This document shows, piece after piece, positions 9,972 to 19,437 of a stretch of 64,000 bases of DNA. A model generated the notes under the pieces. The model did not search any database. It was not told where the DNA came from and saw nothing but the letters and a program-made list of their open reading frames with translations. Source of the DNA: Chitinivibrionales bacterium. GTDB taxonomy: Bacteria > Fibrobacterota > Chitinivibrionia > Chitinivibrionales > WJKA01. Both the position numbers and the translations under genes were made by a program. Location of the stretch: assembly GCA_038247415.1 (NCBI GenBank), contig JBBRUX010000007.1:1-64000 (forward strand), read 5' to 3'. Each line of letters starts with the position of its first letter. The stretch's first letter is position 1.

Positions 9972-10916
9972 TTAGTTATTTTCGATTACTACAGATTGAA
10001 TATCGGTACTTATATGTGCTTCGCCCAAACTGCTTGCAAAACCAAGTGGCGCAGTGTCGTCGCCAAGAATAATTGGTATAAGCTGCATGGGCTTGAGGGT
10101 AACTTTAATGTCGAAATCTAAGGGATCGGCACAGTAGGCCTTAACCAGTTCCTGCATGCGGGAAATATTTTGGGTGCCAGGAAGAAATGTTTCGAATTGC
10201 TGCCGGGGGAGGGGCCCAATTACCAATCGGAATTTTCCTGAACAATCGGGAATTCGTGTTCCGAGCATGGTTGTTTGTCCAAGTTTTCCGCTTCCTAGAG
10301 GTGCAACGCCAGCTATTTCAGCATAGCGTGGTGTAAATTGCTCTAGTGCTACCGGAAGGTTTTCAAAAAGAAACGAGAGCATGGTGCATAATCCTGCTTC
10401 TCCACGGTTGCGGGAAGCTAAAAGTCCACAACAAGAGAGCATCGAGAGCTGTGCTTGACTTTTTGTTGCCGACGGAGAGATTCCTGCCAATGCCCCAATG
10501 CGCGAAAGAAACGTAGTGTTTGGGCCAATAAGATTATTAACAAGACGGTATTTTTTCCAGGCTCGGTAAAAGAGCACATACATACGGTGATTAAACATAT
10601 TGAGAAAATCGTAGAGCGCATCATCGGTACCCGTGTGGCGCGCGCAATATTCAGAAAAGTAAACAGGTAATGGCGAAACCGAACCGCATAATCCCATGAA
10701 TGTCGAAAACAGCGTTATACTGTCCTCTCTCCATTCTGCTTTACGAATATCAGACGATGGAAATGCAAGACCGACATCGGGAGATAATCGAATGGCACCA
10801 GAATCCAGTGGGTTTGGAATCCCTTTTTCGGCAAAATATTCTTCGAGCTGGAAAAGCAGCGCAAAAAAATTAAACTGTGGAGCTTCGGTTTGTAGACGTT
10901 CTATTAGATTAGCCAT
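9972..10916 (-). CDS. tssG: Type VI secretion baseplate subunit TssG
   Basis: FNFF, LAFPSSDI, FMGLCGSVSPLP, DFLNMFNHR..LFYRAWKKYR. Confidence 0.92.
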   Translation of the reverse strand: MANLIERLQTEAPQFNFFALLFQLEEYFAEKGIPNPLDSGAIRLSPDVGLAFPSSDIRKAEWREDSITLFSTFMGLCGSVSPLPVYFSEYCARHTGTDDALYDFLNMFNHRMYVLFYRAWKKYRLVNNLIGPNTTFLSRIGALAGISPSATKSQAQLSMLSCCGLLASRNRGEAGLCTMLSFLFENLPVALEQFTPRYAEIAGVAPLGSGKLGQTTMLGTRIPDCSGKFRLVIGPLPRQQFETFLPGTQNISRMQELVKAYCADPLDFDIKVTLKPMQLIPIILGDDTAPLGFASSLGEAHISTDIQSVVIENN

Positions 10917-12646
10917 TGCCGCCCCTCAAGCGATGAAAAAACCATGGTATCTCCTGATGGTCTACCAATGAGCGCAACTTCAACAAAAGAATTGAGCGAG
11001 ACATAATGTGCTAAAAATTCACGCAGTACCAATCCAAAGAGATGCATATCGTTCATATCAGCAAAGTGTGATTCGGTGAGGGTAATTGAAAACCGGACTC
11101 CTCTGACAATGGATCCCTTGACAACTGCATCTTGTGGCTTAGCCAAAACTTCGTAGATTGCTTCGATACGGGCCGCGCGCCCAACATTACGAGACCAGTC
11201 GTATAAACGAAGACATGTTTTAAGCGTGTCTTTATCTGCAAGCGACGAATAGGTTGCTCCGGTGTGCGCAAGAAACATCCATAAGAAATCTTCTTGGGCC
11301 GGCGGGGTCGTTGGATATGTTGGCCGGGTTATATTGGTGATGCGGACATAATCGCCTATGCCGCTCCCTGGGCGTGTGAGACCATTTTCGCGGATCTCTT
11401 CTCGTGGCAGCGGCCCGTTGCTCATGAGTGCCACAATCGAAAGGCTTTCTGGTCGCATAACGCCCTGCGTAGAGGGAGTGGTAGGGGAGAGTGAGCAGAT
11501 TCGCTGTCCTGCTGCATTGTACCGAAATCGCGCTGCAAACAGACGCCGATTTTTTATGCCAATATTTTTAAATGATGTAAACGGTTCGTAGGTAAATCGT
11601 TCGCCGGTTACATTGTCGGCGCCGGTCACATTTACAATACGCGCAATGCGCATTGAGTGTGGAGCAGAGGCATTGGCAATTACGGTATATTCGGGCTTAT
11701 GTCCTTCGTGCAAGATTGGTTCGGCATCGGCAGTAAATAAGTTTACCGCAGGCACACAGTACAGTCGAAAGTTTCGTGCTGTAAATGGTTTGTCTGCAGG
11801 AAAACCACTCTTAAAGGTGACGGTATAGGTAATGGTTTTTGGTACGGTTGTGCTCGACTGAATAGCCGATAGCCCATGAATATCGATAAAGAGAAATTTC
11901 TCTAGATTAATAAAGTACTCGCGTAGTAAACCAAATCCCCAGTAGGTTCGGGTATCTGTGGGCAAAAGCGATTCTTCTGCAGTTAAGCCTGCAGGAGAAA
12001 CAGCAGTTGAGGCAGGGATTTCACATGAAATGCCAGTATCGGTAGAAAGGGAAACTTTTTCGACTCGCTGTGTAAGAAATTCATGCAGCATAAGTGCAAT
12101 GGGCATTTCGGCATGGAGATAGATTCGCAACGGATCGAGGTTGCAACGCGCAAGCGCTGCGGTTTCACTCAGATCGAAGGTGAAAGTCAAAGAACTTTTC
12201 CCACGGTTATCGTGAGATTGACTCACGTTTGTCAGGCGCATGGGATGTATTGGTACATCAAAGGCAGTTGTAAATTTGCACATGATAGATTCGGCGCCCA
12301 AAGGCTCCGAAAGAATTTCTGCACCCTGCTGGATCGTGCGGGTTTCATTAATAATGCCATCGCGCGGGGCGAATTCCATAATGCACATGGAAGGAACTTC
12401 TTCCATAAGTGCTGGCCACATAAGATCGAGCAGACCTTCGGTAATTTCGGGAAAGGAATCGTCTATTTTTTCGCGGATTCGGCCTGCTAAAAAAGCGAAG
12501 CCTTCAAAGAGGCGTTCTACATAAGGGTCTCGGTCGCCAACAGCATCGATATTGAGAAATCGAGCGCGATCTGGATGTGCCGTGGCAAATTCTCTTCCAG
12601 ACTCGTAGAGGTATCGGAGTTCTTCTTCGTAATATTTTTCTATCAT
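10904..12646 (-). CDS. tssF: Type VI secretion baseplate subunit TssF
   Basis: YYEEELRYL, DPYVERLFEGFAFL, LYCVPAVNLF, YVSLNSF; start moved to ATG 12646. Confidence 0.93.
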   Translation of the reverse strand: MIEKYYEEELRYLYESGREFATAHPDRARFLNIDAVGDRDPYVERLFEGFAFLAGRIREKIDDSFPEITEGLLDLMWPALMEEVPSMCIMEFAPRDGIINETRTIQQGAEILSEPLGAESIMCKFTTAFDVPIHPMRLTNVSQSHDNRGKSSLTFTFDLSETAALARCNLDPLRIYLHAEMPIALMLHEFLTQRVEKVSLSTDTGISCEIPASTAVSPAGLTAEESLLPTDTRTYWGFGLLREYFINLEKFLFIDIHGLSAIQSSTTVPKTITYTVTFKSGFPADKPFTARNFRLYCVPAVNLFTADAEPILHEGHKPEYTVIANASAPHSMRIARIVNVTGADNVTGERFTYEPFTSFKNIGIKNRRLFAARFRYNAAGQRICSLSPTTPSTQGVMRPESLSIVALMSNGPLPREEIRENGLTRPGSGIGDYVRITNITRPTYPTTPPAQEDFLWMFLAHTGATYSSLADKDTLKTCLRLYDWSRNVGRAARIEAIYEVLAKPQDAVVKGSIVRGVRFSITLTESHFADMNDMHLFGLVLREFLAHYVSLNSFVEVALIGRPSGDTMVFSSLEGRQWLI

Positions 12647-12653
12647 AGGGCTC

Positions 12654-13076
12654 TCAATCGACTTTCTTCCATGGAGATATGGTTGAATTGCCCATACTCG
12701 TAAACGTTGTTTGAAAACGAACCAGCCCACCTTCTCGCAATTCGCCGGTTAGGATGAATTCGAGAGAGAATTTTTTAGTGGGATCATTATCTCTTTTGAC
12801 AACTTTAACTTTTTTGAGGCGGGGTTCGTACTTTTCTATGGTTGTCTCAATAGCTTTTTTCAGTTCTTCGAGCCCATCAGGCATTTTTCGGTAGATTTCC
12901 GAAATGTCGGGCAACCCGTAGCCTTTAAGGTGGGGAATTGAGCCCGACCGGGTATTGAACATGCGCGATAGATGATCCATGATTGAAATAATTCGCCGAG
13001 ACTGAGGCGCGATAGCCTCAATGGGCGTTTTATCGAGAAATTGACCAATAAGGCTTTCGAATAATCCTTGATTCAT
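12654..13076 (-). CDS. tssE: Type VI secretion baseplate subunit TssE (gp25-like)
   Basis: HLSRMFNTRSG, YGLPD, IEKYEPRL motifs; directly upstream of tssF. Confidence 0.9.
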   Translation of the reverse strand: MNQGLFESLIGQFLDKTPIEAIAPQSRRIISIMDHLSRMFNTRSGSIPHLKGYGLPDISEIYRKMPDGLEELKKAIETTIEKYEPRLKKVKVVKRDNDPTKKFSLEFILTGELREGGLVRFQTTFTSMGNSTISPWKKVD

Positions 13077-13299
13077 TGCACACTAGTCCGTAACTGATAG
13101 AATTCATCATTTTAACACAAAATAGATTATATACTTATAAAGAATATAATTTATAGGGATAGCAACTTGTTACTCAGCCGATACGTGCACGTATCGCGAT
13201 ATCTGGACTTGTCAGCTTTTAAGACTCTCGAGAACCTTTGGTGCTGGCTTGCACGTACATCACATGCTGTGTTTGGTTTCACCGTAAAGCGATACTGTA

Positions 13300-16200
13300 A
13301 TGCAAAAATTTCTAAAAAAATTCCTGAGTATGCAACAAAATTCGTATGCTTTTTCGATCCTTCTAATTCTTGTGGTGTATTGTATACCAAGCAGTGGTCG
13401 TACCGTCGATACCGTGATTGTGGGCAATGGTACCAATGGGCCCTATCTTCTTGGGTCTGATAATATCGATTCGTCAAGTATTAGGGTCGCCCAAGGTGAT
13501 CTTGGCTCGCGCATCGATTATCTTTTTGACCCCTTGACAAATTCACTTATTTTTTCGATCCCCCAGGATTCTCTAAAAAGTATTCCGATTACCTATCAGA
13601 CATTGCTTGGATCGCTCGTGCGAACCCATTACCGGTATCGCTATCAAACTCTTGATACCGCTACGCTGAACACCTTCCTGCGCGATACCACTCTGCAACA
13701 CTACAATGCCGATGCAGCAGAAAATCTGCAAATTTCTGGTTATAAAAGCATTGGAATTGCACTTGGCAATTCTGGGCAATCCAATCTTACCCAGGCGCTT
13801 GATGTTTCGATTTTTGGAGAAATTGCCCCACAAACGCTCTTGTCTGCCCACCTTTCAGATCAGGGATCATCGCTTGACGGCGTAACACGGGAAATTGGTG
13901 AGCTCGATATGATCTACATAACATTGGCTCACCCAAACTTTGGGGTGACCGTGGGGGATCAGTATGCACGGTGGCCTAGCGGTGGACTTCTTATGGGTGA
14001 GAAAAAAATAAAAGGTTTGTCGGTGTCCGGAAAAAACGAATTTTTAAACGGTACGATTTTTGGAGCCCTTTCGGGTGGCGTGTCTACGGTGACAACTATT
14101 GTGGGCCGTACAGGGCTGCAAGGCCCTTATTTTGTTCGTGGTAATACAGGCGAACCCATTGTAATTCTATCTGGAACTGTCAATGTTACTCTCAATGGTA
14201 AAAAGCTTATAGAAGGTGAAATTGCAGATTATAGGGTTGACTATGAGCAAGGCTTTATATCGTTTAGTCCGCGCATTCCTATTGCAGACAAAGATCTTAT
14301 TAGTATCCAATACGAATATAAAACCTCAAATTACCGGCGGTTGCTTGCAGGGACAACGCTTGGCGGCACCATGCCCGATTCAACGATTTCTACTCAGGGC
14401 GTGCTGTGGTACGAATCCGATGATGCTAACCATCCCCTCGATCTTGAAATCTCTGCGGCCGATAAAGATAGTCTGGGCTTGTATGGGACTAAACCCTGGT
14501 ATAAGGTAATGGGAATACCAATACGCGGCATGAAAGCCGATTCTGTTGCATCGGTCAATGCATTATATGCGAAACGAGACTCTGCTGGTATTCAAATTTT
14601 TGTGTATCATCCGTCAAATATTCGATTTGCCCCCGACAGTACCTATTATCAGGTGACCTTTCGAAAAATTACTGCTGGCAAAGGGGATTATGCGTTGTTG
14701 CGTCGCGATTGCCCCGCTGCATCTTCGGGTGTCTGCTACGATGTGTACGAATTTGTGGGATCGGGACTCGGCGATTACACTGCCCTTTCGGTCTTTCCAA
14801 CCCCGGCTCGAACTGTTAACGGAGAGGTTCGCATTAGGTATAGGCCACGCTCGTTTCTTGTGGCCGACATCGATGTTGCAGGGCAAGAAAAATCGGAAAA
14901 CCTATTCTCATCACGTTCAGATGCATCAACAACAGCGGGTGCAGGGATCATTGTTCTTGGTGCCGGATCTCGACGGGCACAAACTACCGGGAGTTGGGCA
15001 GGCATAGAGGGCTCAGTTATTTCGGAGGGTTTTGTGCGCACGGCTCAAAGCCCAAGTCAGCGAAAAAGTGTTTGGGATGATACTTCTATCGCAGGTCAAC
15101 AAGGAAAATCCATGGGTATGTCGGGTTATGCGGGGAGCAGTTTTGGAAGAATTATTTTGGGAGAAGTTGATGGCGGTAGATTGTATCGCAATAATAGTGT
15201 CGCTACCGATCGGTTGGGCGCGTACTGTTTGTATACTCCGTTAGATTCTCTTTCGTTTTCTGGTGATTTTAAAGAGTTCTGGCACAAGGATGTGCCGGTT
15301 CCTTCGCGTATGCAAAGTTTTACGCTTTCAACGCGGATTGGTGCTCGTAAGATCCAATCAATAGTGACACTTGGCGATGAATGGCGAGTTGTTGATACTT
15401 TTGGGGGCGGGCATTTTGTTGGTTCGTTGAACATAGTGCTTCCACGCATTGGATTATCCCAGAGTATAAGCGCAGAGCGGGCGATGCGGGGAAAGCTTGG
15501 GTATGGAGCGCTTGTTGACACAGGGTATAGAGTTGGTTTTGAACAGCGCTTTGATAAAAACATCACGCGTGAGTGGAACACCTCCCTTTTTGCATCGCAT
15601 ACTGTCCAGAAAAATGGAATAGGCTCGCCAGCTGTTCCCACAACACTTATCGATATAACAAGCGACCTATCTCGTGCGGCTCTAGGATTAACCACGCATC
15701 AGGAATATGCGATTACGTTCGAACGGGCTTCACTATTTGTACAGGAAGGACGGTATGTTGGTGCAGGTTTTGGGGATTATACACTCGATACTCTGCAAGC
15801 CTTGGCCCCGTATGTTCCTAAAAGCGGTGGATCGTATAGCATTACGAATCGGGAATGGTTCGATTCGAGTGCCGTTCCAACGCGCGTACGCAAAATAAAC
15901 GCGTCTCTTTCGTATTCGCTTGATGTGCCCGATAGCATTATATCGCAGGGTATTTTATCGGATCTTTCCTATAAAGGTACGTATACTGTTTCGGAACAAG
16001 TGACCGATTCTTCTTTGTCTAGTTTAACCTTTATCCCCGGTGTCGCATCAATCGACACCTCACTGAGTGCATGGCTTCGTTATGGGAGTGTCTCTTTTAG
16101 GCAAGAAATAATTTTCGAACCTTCTAAATCCAAAGATGTAAGAGTATTATTTTCTGTGCGCCCCTTTGTGATGGCGCAGCCGCTTTTTCGTGAACATGGC

Positions 16201-16725
16201 TGGGAGCTTGGGTTATCCGGCTTGCAATCAAAGCCGCATCTAACGCTTGGCGTTAATTCCCGTTTGTTTTATGTACAGCACGATCCAAAAACAGTATATG
16301 GGCAAGTGTTTTCGGCTCTTGACAGATCGCTTCAATTTACGCAGAGCATTCCAATACGCTCAGTGGTAACTGTGTCATTCAAAGAAGCACTAGGGTACGC
16401 AGAACAAAAAACAGAATTCGCAAGCGCATCTGGTTTATATGTGGCAATCGATCCAGAACTTGTTGTGCGTCCTAACGATAAAAGTTCGATAATTGGGTCG
16501 TATACCTTTGCATCAAATGGAGCTCGCGGCATAACCGATTTCAGATTAGCGCGCGGATACGCTTTCGGTTTTACGCAGGCATTCTCGATTCTCGCTAATG
16601 TAGATGTCTCCAAAAACGTCACGCTTACCGGCAGTTACCGAGGCGATTTGCCACCAGAAAACGCTCCTGGGTATCCTACGAATGGAACTCATGTGGTGGC
16701 TTTTGAGGTCAAAGCTTATTTTTAA
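13300..16725 (+). CDS. Large conserved hypothetical outer-membrane protein (1141 aa)
   Basis: Signal-peptide-like N-terminus, amphipathic beta-strand pattern, C-terminal Phe (EVKAYF), DYRVDYEQGFISF motif reminiscent of large FCB-group OM proteins. Confidence 0.6.
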   Translation: MQKFLKKFLSMQQNSYAFSILLILVVYCIPSSGRTVDTVIVGNGTNGPYLLGSDNIDSSSIRVAQGDLGSRIDYLFDPLTNSLIFSIPQDSLKSIPITYQTLLGSLVRTHYRYRYQTLDTATLNTFLRDTTLQHYNADAAENLQISGYKSIGIALGNSGQSNLTQALDVSIFGEIAPQTLLSAHLSDQGSSLDGVTREIGELDMIYITLAHPNFGVTVGDQYARWPSGGLLMGEKKIKGLSVSGKNEFLNGTIFGALSGGVSTVTTIVGRTGLQGPYFVRGNTGEPIVILSGTVNVTLNGKKLIEGEIADYRVDYEQGFISFSPRIPIADKDLISIQYEYKTSNYRRLLAGTTLGGTMPDSTISTQGVLWYESDDANHPLDLEISAADKDSLGLYGTKPWYKVMGIPIRGMKADSVASVNALYAKRDSAGIQIFVYHPSNIRFAPDSTYYQVTFRKITAGKGDYALLRRDCPAASSGVCYDVYEFVGSGLGDYTALSVFPTPARTVNGEVRIRYRPRSFLVADIDVAGQEKSENLFSSRSDASTTAGAGIIVLGAGSRRAQTTGSWAGIEGSVISEGFVRTAQSPSQRKSVWDDTSIAGQQGKSMGMSGYAGSSFGRIILGEVDGGRLYRNNSVATDRLGAYCLYTPLDSLSFSGDFKEFWHKDVPVPSRMQSFTLSTRIGARKIQSIVTLGDEWRVVDTFGGGHFVGSLNIVLPRIGLSQSISAERAMRGKLGYGALVDTGYRVGFEQRFDKNITREWNTSLFASHTVQKNGIGSPAVPTTLIDITSDLSRAALGLTTHQEYAITFERASLFVQEGRYVGAGFGDYTLDTLQALAPYVPKSGGSYSITNREWFDSSAVPTRVRKINASLSYSLDVPDSIISQGILSDLSYKGTYTVSEQVTDSSLSSLTFIPGVASIDTSLSAWLRYGSVSFRQEIIFEPSKSKDVRVLFSVRPFVMAQPLFREHGWELGLSGLQSKPHLTLGVNSRLFYVQHDPKTVYGQVFSALDRSLQFTQSIPIRSVVTVSFKEALGYAEQKTEFASASGLYVAIDPELVVRPNDKSSIIGSYTFASNGARGITDFRLARGYAFGFTQAFSILANVDVSKNVTLTGSYRGDLPPENAPGYPTNGTHVVAFEVKAYF

Positions 16726-16730
16726 TACCT

Positions 16731-18329
16731 ATGAACACAAAACCACTCGTTGTATTAAGCGGTAACTCGCTTACCATTGCAGATATCGTCGCCATAGGCA
16801 TTGGCGATAAACACGTTGCCCTCGATGTAGAGTCACTGGTTCGCTGTCGTGCGTCGCGAACATTTCTCGAAGAAGAAGTTGCAGCAGGACGCATTATCTA
16901 TGGTGTTAACACCTCGTTTGGCCCTATGTGCAATAAAATTATTGCCGTGCCAGAACTCGAAGCTTTGCAGGTAAACCTCATTCGATCCCATGCCGCAGGG
17001 TTAGGCGATCCCATCAAGCCCTATATGGCCAGGGCAGTTTTGGTCGTAAGACTTAATAGCCTTGTTAAAGGTTATTCGGGGGTGCGTATCGAGTTGCTGG
17101 AACATCTGGTGTCGCTTATTAATTACGGTATTGCTCCGTATATCCCAGAATGTGGCAGTGTCGGCGCTTCGGGCGATCTAATTCATTTAGCGCATGCGGC
17201 TCTTGCGGTGATTGGCGAAGGCGATGTGTATCTCGGCAAAGAGCTTATGAGCGCTTCTGATGCGTATAAAAAAGTTGGCCTTACGCCGCTCACGCTTAAG
17301 TTCAAAGAAGGTATCGCCCTCATGAATGGAACCTCTGCCATGACAGCGCTTGCGGCCTTTGCACTCTTTACCATGCAGAAATTGCTCAATATTGCATGTG
17401 TCAATGCCGCATTTACCATGGAAGTGTTTGGTGGTATCGATGACGCTTTCGACCCCGATTTGCATACTGTTAAGCCTCATGTTGGTCAACAACGAATTGC
17501 TGCTGTGGTAGCAAGTCTTTTCCAGGGGAGTGGCAATATTACTCCACGAGCAATCATGCACGAAAAAATTCGCAAGCAAGATCCCAAAAATGGCCTTGTT
17601 TTTGAAACGTCAATTAATGTGCAAGATGTATATTCTATCCGATGCACGCCTCAAATTTTGGCTCCTGTCTACGATGCTTTTAAGAGCGCGCTTGTCACCG
17701 TTGAGACAGAAGCAAATTCCACCAACGATAACCCCGTAATTATTCCCGAAAAGAAAAAGGTTATTCATGGTGGAAATTTTCATGGACAATCGATCGGGTA
17801 TGTCATGGATGCCCTTGCAATAGCCATTGCCCAACTCTGTACGCTTTCGGAACGGCGCATTAATAAATTGCTCGATAAGAATCTCAACGAAGGGCTGCCA
17901 GAACATCTTATTGCAGGAACCCCGGGGTTATGCATGGGATTCATGGGCGCGCAGTATTTGGCAACGTCAACCACAGCCGAAAACCGCCAGCTTGCAAATC
18001 CCGTTAGTACGCATAGCATTCCTTGCAATGCAGAAAATCAGGATGTTGTGAGCATGGGAACTATTGCAGCACGTAAAGCAGCTCGCTCGGCATCTAACGC
18101 CAAGCACGTTTTAACCCTCGAAACACTGGTGCTCATGCAGGCGTTATCGTTCCGCAATAGCGATAAACTGGGCACGGGTACCCAAAAGATTCACGAGCTG
18201 CTCTCCAAGCACTTTACAGTATACGATAATCAGCGCATCATGCATCCCGATCTTGTAAAATTTCGGAAGCTACTTTTCTCAACGCCGATATTTGATGATT
18301 TAGGGCCTTATACCGACCAGAAATTGTAG
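16731..18329 (+). CDS. MIO-dependent aromatic amino acid ammonia-lyase (HAL/PAL/TAL family)
   Basis: YGVNTSFG, GSVGASGDL (MIO-forming ASG), KEGIALMNGT, QDVYSIRC, NDNP, GGNFHG, NQDVVSMG. Confidence 0.93.
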   Translation: MNTKPLVVLSGNSLTIADIVAIGIGDKHVALDVESLVRCRASRTFLEEEVAAGRIIYGVNTSFGPMCNKIIAVPELEALQVNLIRSHAAGLGDPIKPYMARAVLVVRLNSLVKGYSGVRIELLEHLVSLINYGIAPYIPECGSVGASGDLIHLAHAALAVIGEGDVYLGKELMSASDAYKKVGLTPLTLKFKEGIALMNGTSAMTALAAFALFTMQKLLNIACVNAAFTMEVFGGIDDAFDPDLHTVKPHVGQQRIAAVVASLFQGSGNITPRAIMHEKIRKQDPKNGLVFETSINVQDVYSIRCTPQILAPVYDAFKSALVTVETEANSTNDNPVIIPEKKKVIHGGNFHGQSIGYVMDALAIAIAQLCTLSERRINKLLDKNLNEGLPEHLIAGTPGLCMGFMGAQYLATSTTAENRQLANPVSTHSIPCNAENQDVVSMGTIAARKAARSASNAKHVLTLETLVLMQALSFRNSDKLGTGTQKIHELLSKHFTVYDNQRIMHPDLVKFRKLLFSTPIFDDLGPYTDQKL

Positions 18330-19195
18330 AAATTGAACCATTGGAACGGGTGCTTCTGGACGGTTGCTTCCAATGCCTTTACAAATGATTGCAGCGCAGC
18401 ATTCGTTTCAAGGGGATCGCGCGAGCGGATGTGTTGTTGCAAAGACGCCGAAAGGGTGTAGTGTAACAATCCTGTTTTTACAATAAATATCGGGATTATT
18501 ACTGCACCCGTAGCCCGTGCAAGTGCAAAAGGGCCTTTGGGAAAGCTGGCCTCTTCTCCAAGAAACGCTACCTTTTGAGTTTGTCCACCAGCGGTTCTAT
18601 CGGCAAGCATGCATACAATCTCATTATTTCGCAGCGCATTCATGAGTTCTACAGAAGATCCAAACCCAGTTGGATCTAAAAAAATCGGGTGAATACTTCT
18701 TTTGTCAAATGCTTTTTTGTAAATTTTGCGCATATCATCGCGTTCGTTATCAAGCATAACCGGCCTAACAGGTACCTTAAGTTTATCTGCTAAAAGATTT
18801 CCTGCTATTTCTGTACTGCCGATATGTGCAGAAATAAGAATAACTCCTTTGCCTTCTTGCAACGCAGCCGAAATTCTCTCTTCGTGAATGCAGGTAAATC
18901 GAAAGGGCGGTTTATCCATTACCAAAAACGCGAGGCGATCTAAGAGCGCCATACCAAAAGTATAGCAGTGGCCCCAGCGCGAAGAAAAAGTGCATTTGAG
19001 ATTCAAATGGTGGCTGAGGGCATCGATTCCTGTTTTTAAAGATTTGTCAATAAGACAATATACAAAACTGACAGGAATTAAAAGTATATATGCTGGAAGC
19101 ACACCCACATGACGAATGAGAAATAGAAAGGCTGCAATGCCACGGCTGGGACCTTTTGAGGTTCCGGTCCATTGGGGTGAGGGGTTTGGGGTCAT
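18308..19195 (-). CDS. LpxL/LpxP-like lysophospholipid acyltransferase
   Basis: W.G.S.G N-terminus, SAHIGSTE (HxxxxE), LADR, FLGEEASFPKGPF, HPFQWFNFYNFW. Confidence 0.85.
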   Translation of the reverse strand: MTPNPSPQWTGTSKGPSRGIAAFLFLIRHVGVLPAYILLIPVSFVYCLIDKSLKTGIDALSHHLNLKCTFSSRWGHCYTFGMALLDRLAFLVMDKPPFRFTCIHEERISAALQEGKGVILISAHIGSTEIAGNLLADKLKVPVRPVMLDNERDDMRKIYKKAFDKRSIHPIFLDPTGFGSSVELMNALRNNEIVCMLADRTAGGQTQKVAFLGEEASFPKGPFALARATGAVIIPIFIVKTGLLHYTLSASLQQHIRSRDPLETNAALQSFVKALEATVQKHPFQWFNFYNFWSV

Positions 19196-19437
19196 GTTTT
19201 GTCCAATATAAGAGCCATCTGAAGTTGTGATTTGCGGTGTATAGGGTGGTGGAGCAGAGTATTGTAAATAGCCCAGTATATTAAAATAATTCTAGGGCAA
19301 AAAATAAAAAAGACTTCAGCTGCAACAATAATTGCTCTACATAAATATGCTATCAGAGACGTGCCAAACTGGAAAATCCCCCGACCAGCTTGGATATTGA
19401 TCCCCAATTTGAAAAAGCATGCGTGACACCAAACTCA

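Noticed and set aside
7277..13076. Prophage or extracellular contractile injection system
   Set aside because: TssF, TssG and ClpV signatures are T6SS-specific, and no sheath, tube or capsid genes are present
16731..18329. Naming the lyase hutH
   Set aside because: It has NQD rather than the HAL-type QED motif and no hut genes are nearby
19192..19407. 71-aa ORF between the ATPase and the acyltransferase
   Set aside because: Non-ATG start and no recognisable motif; likely promoter region
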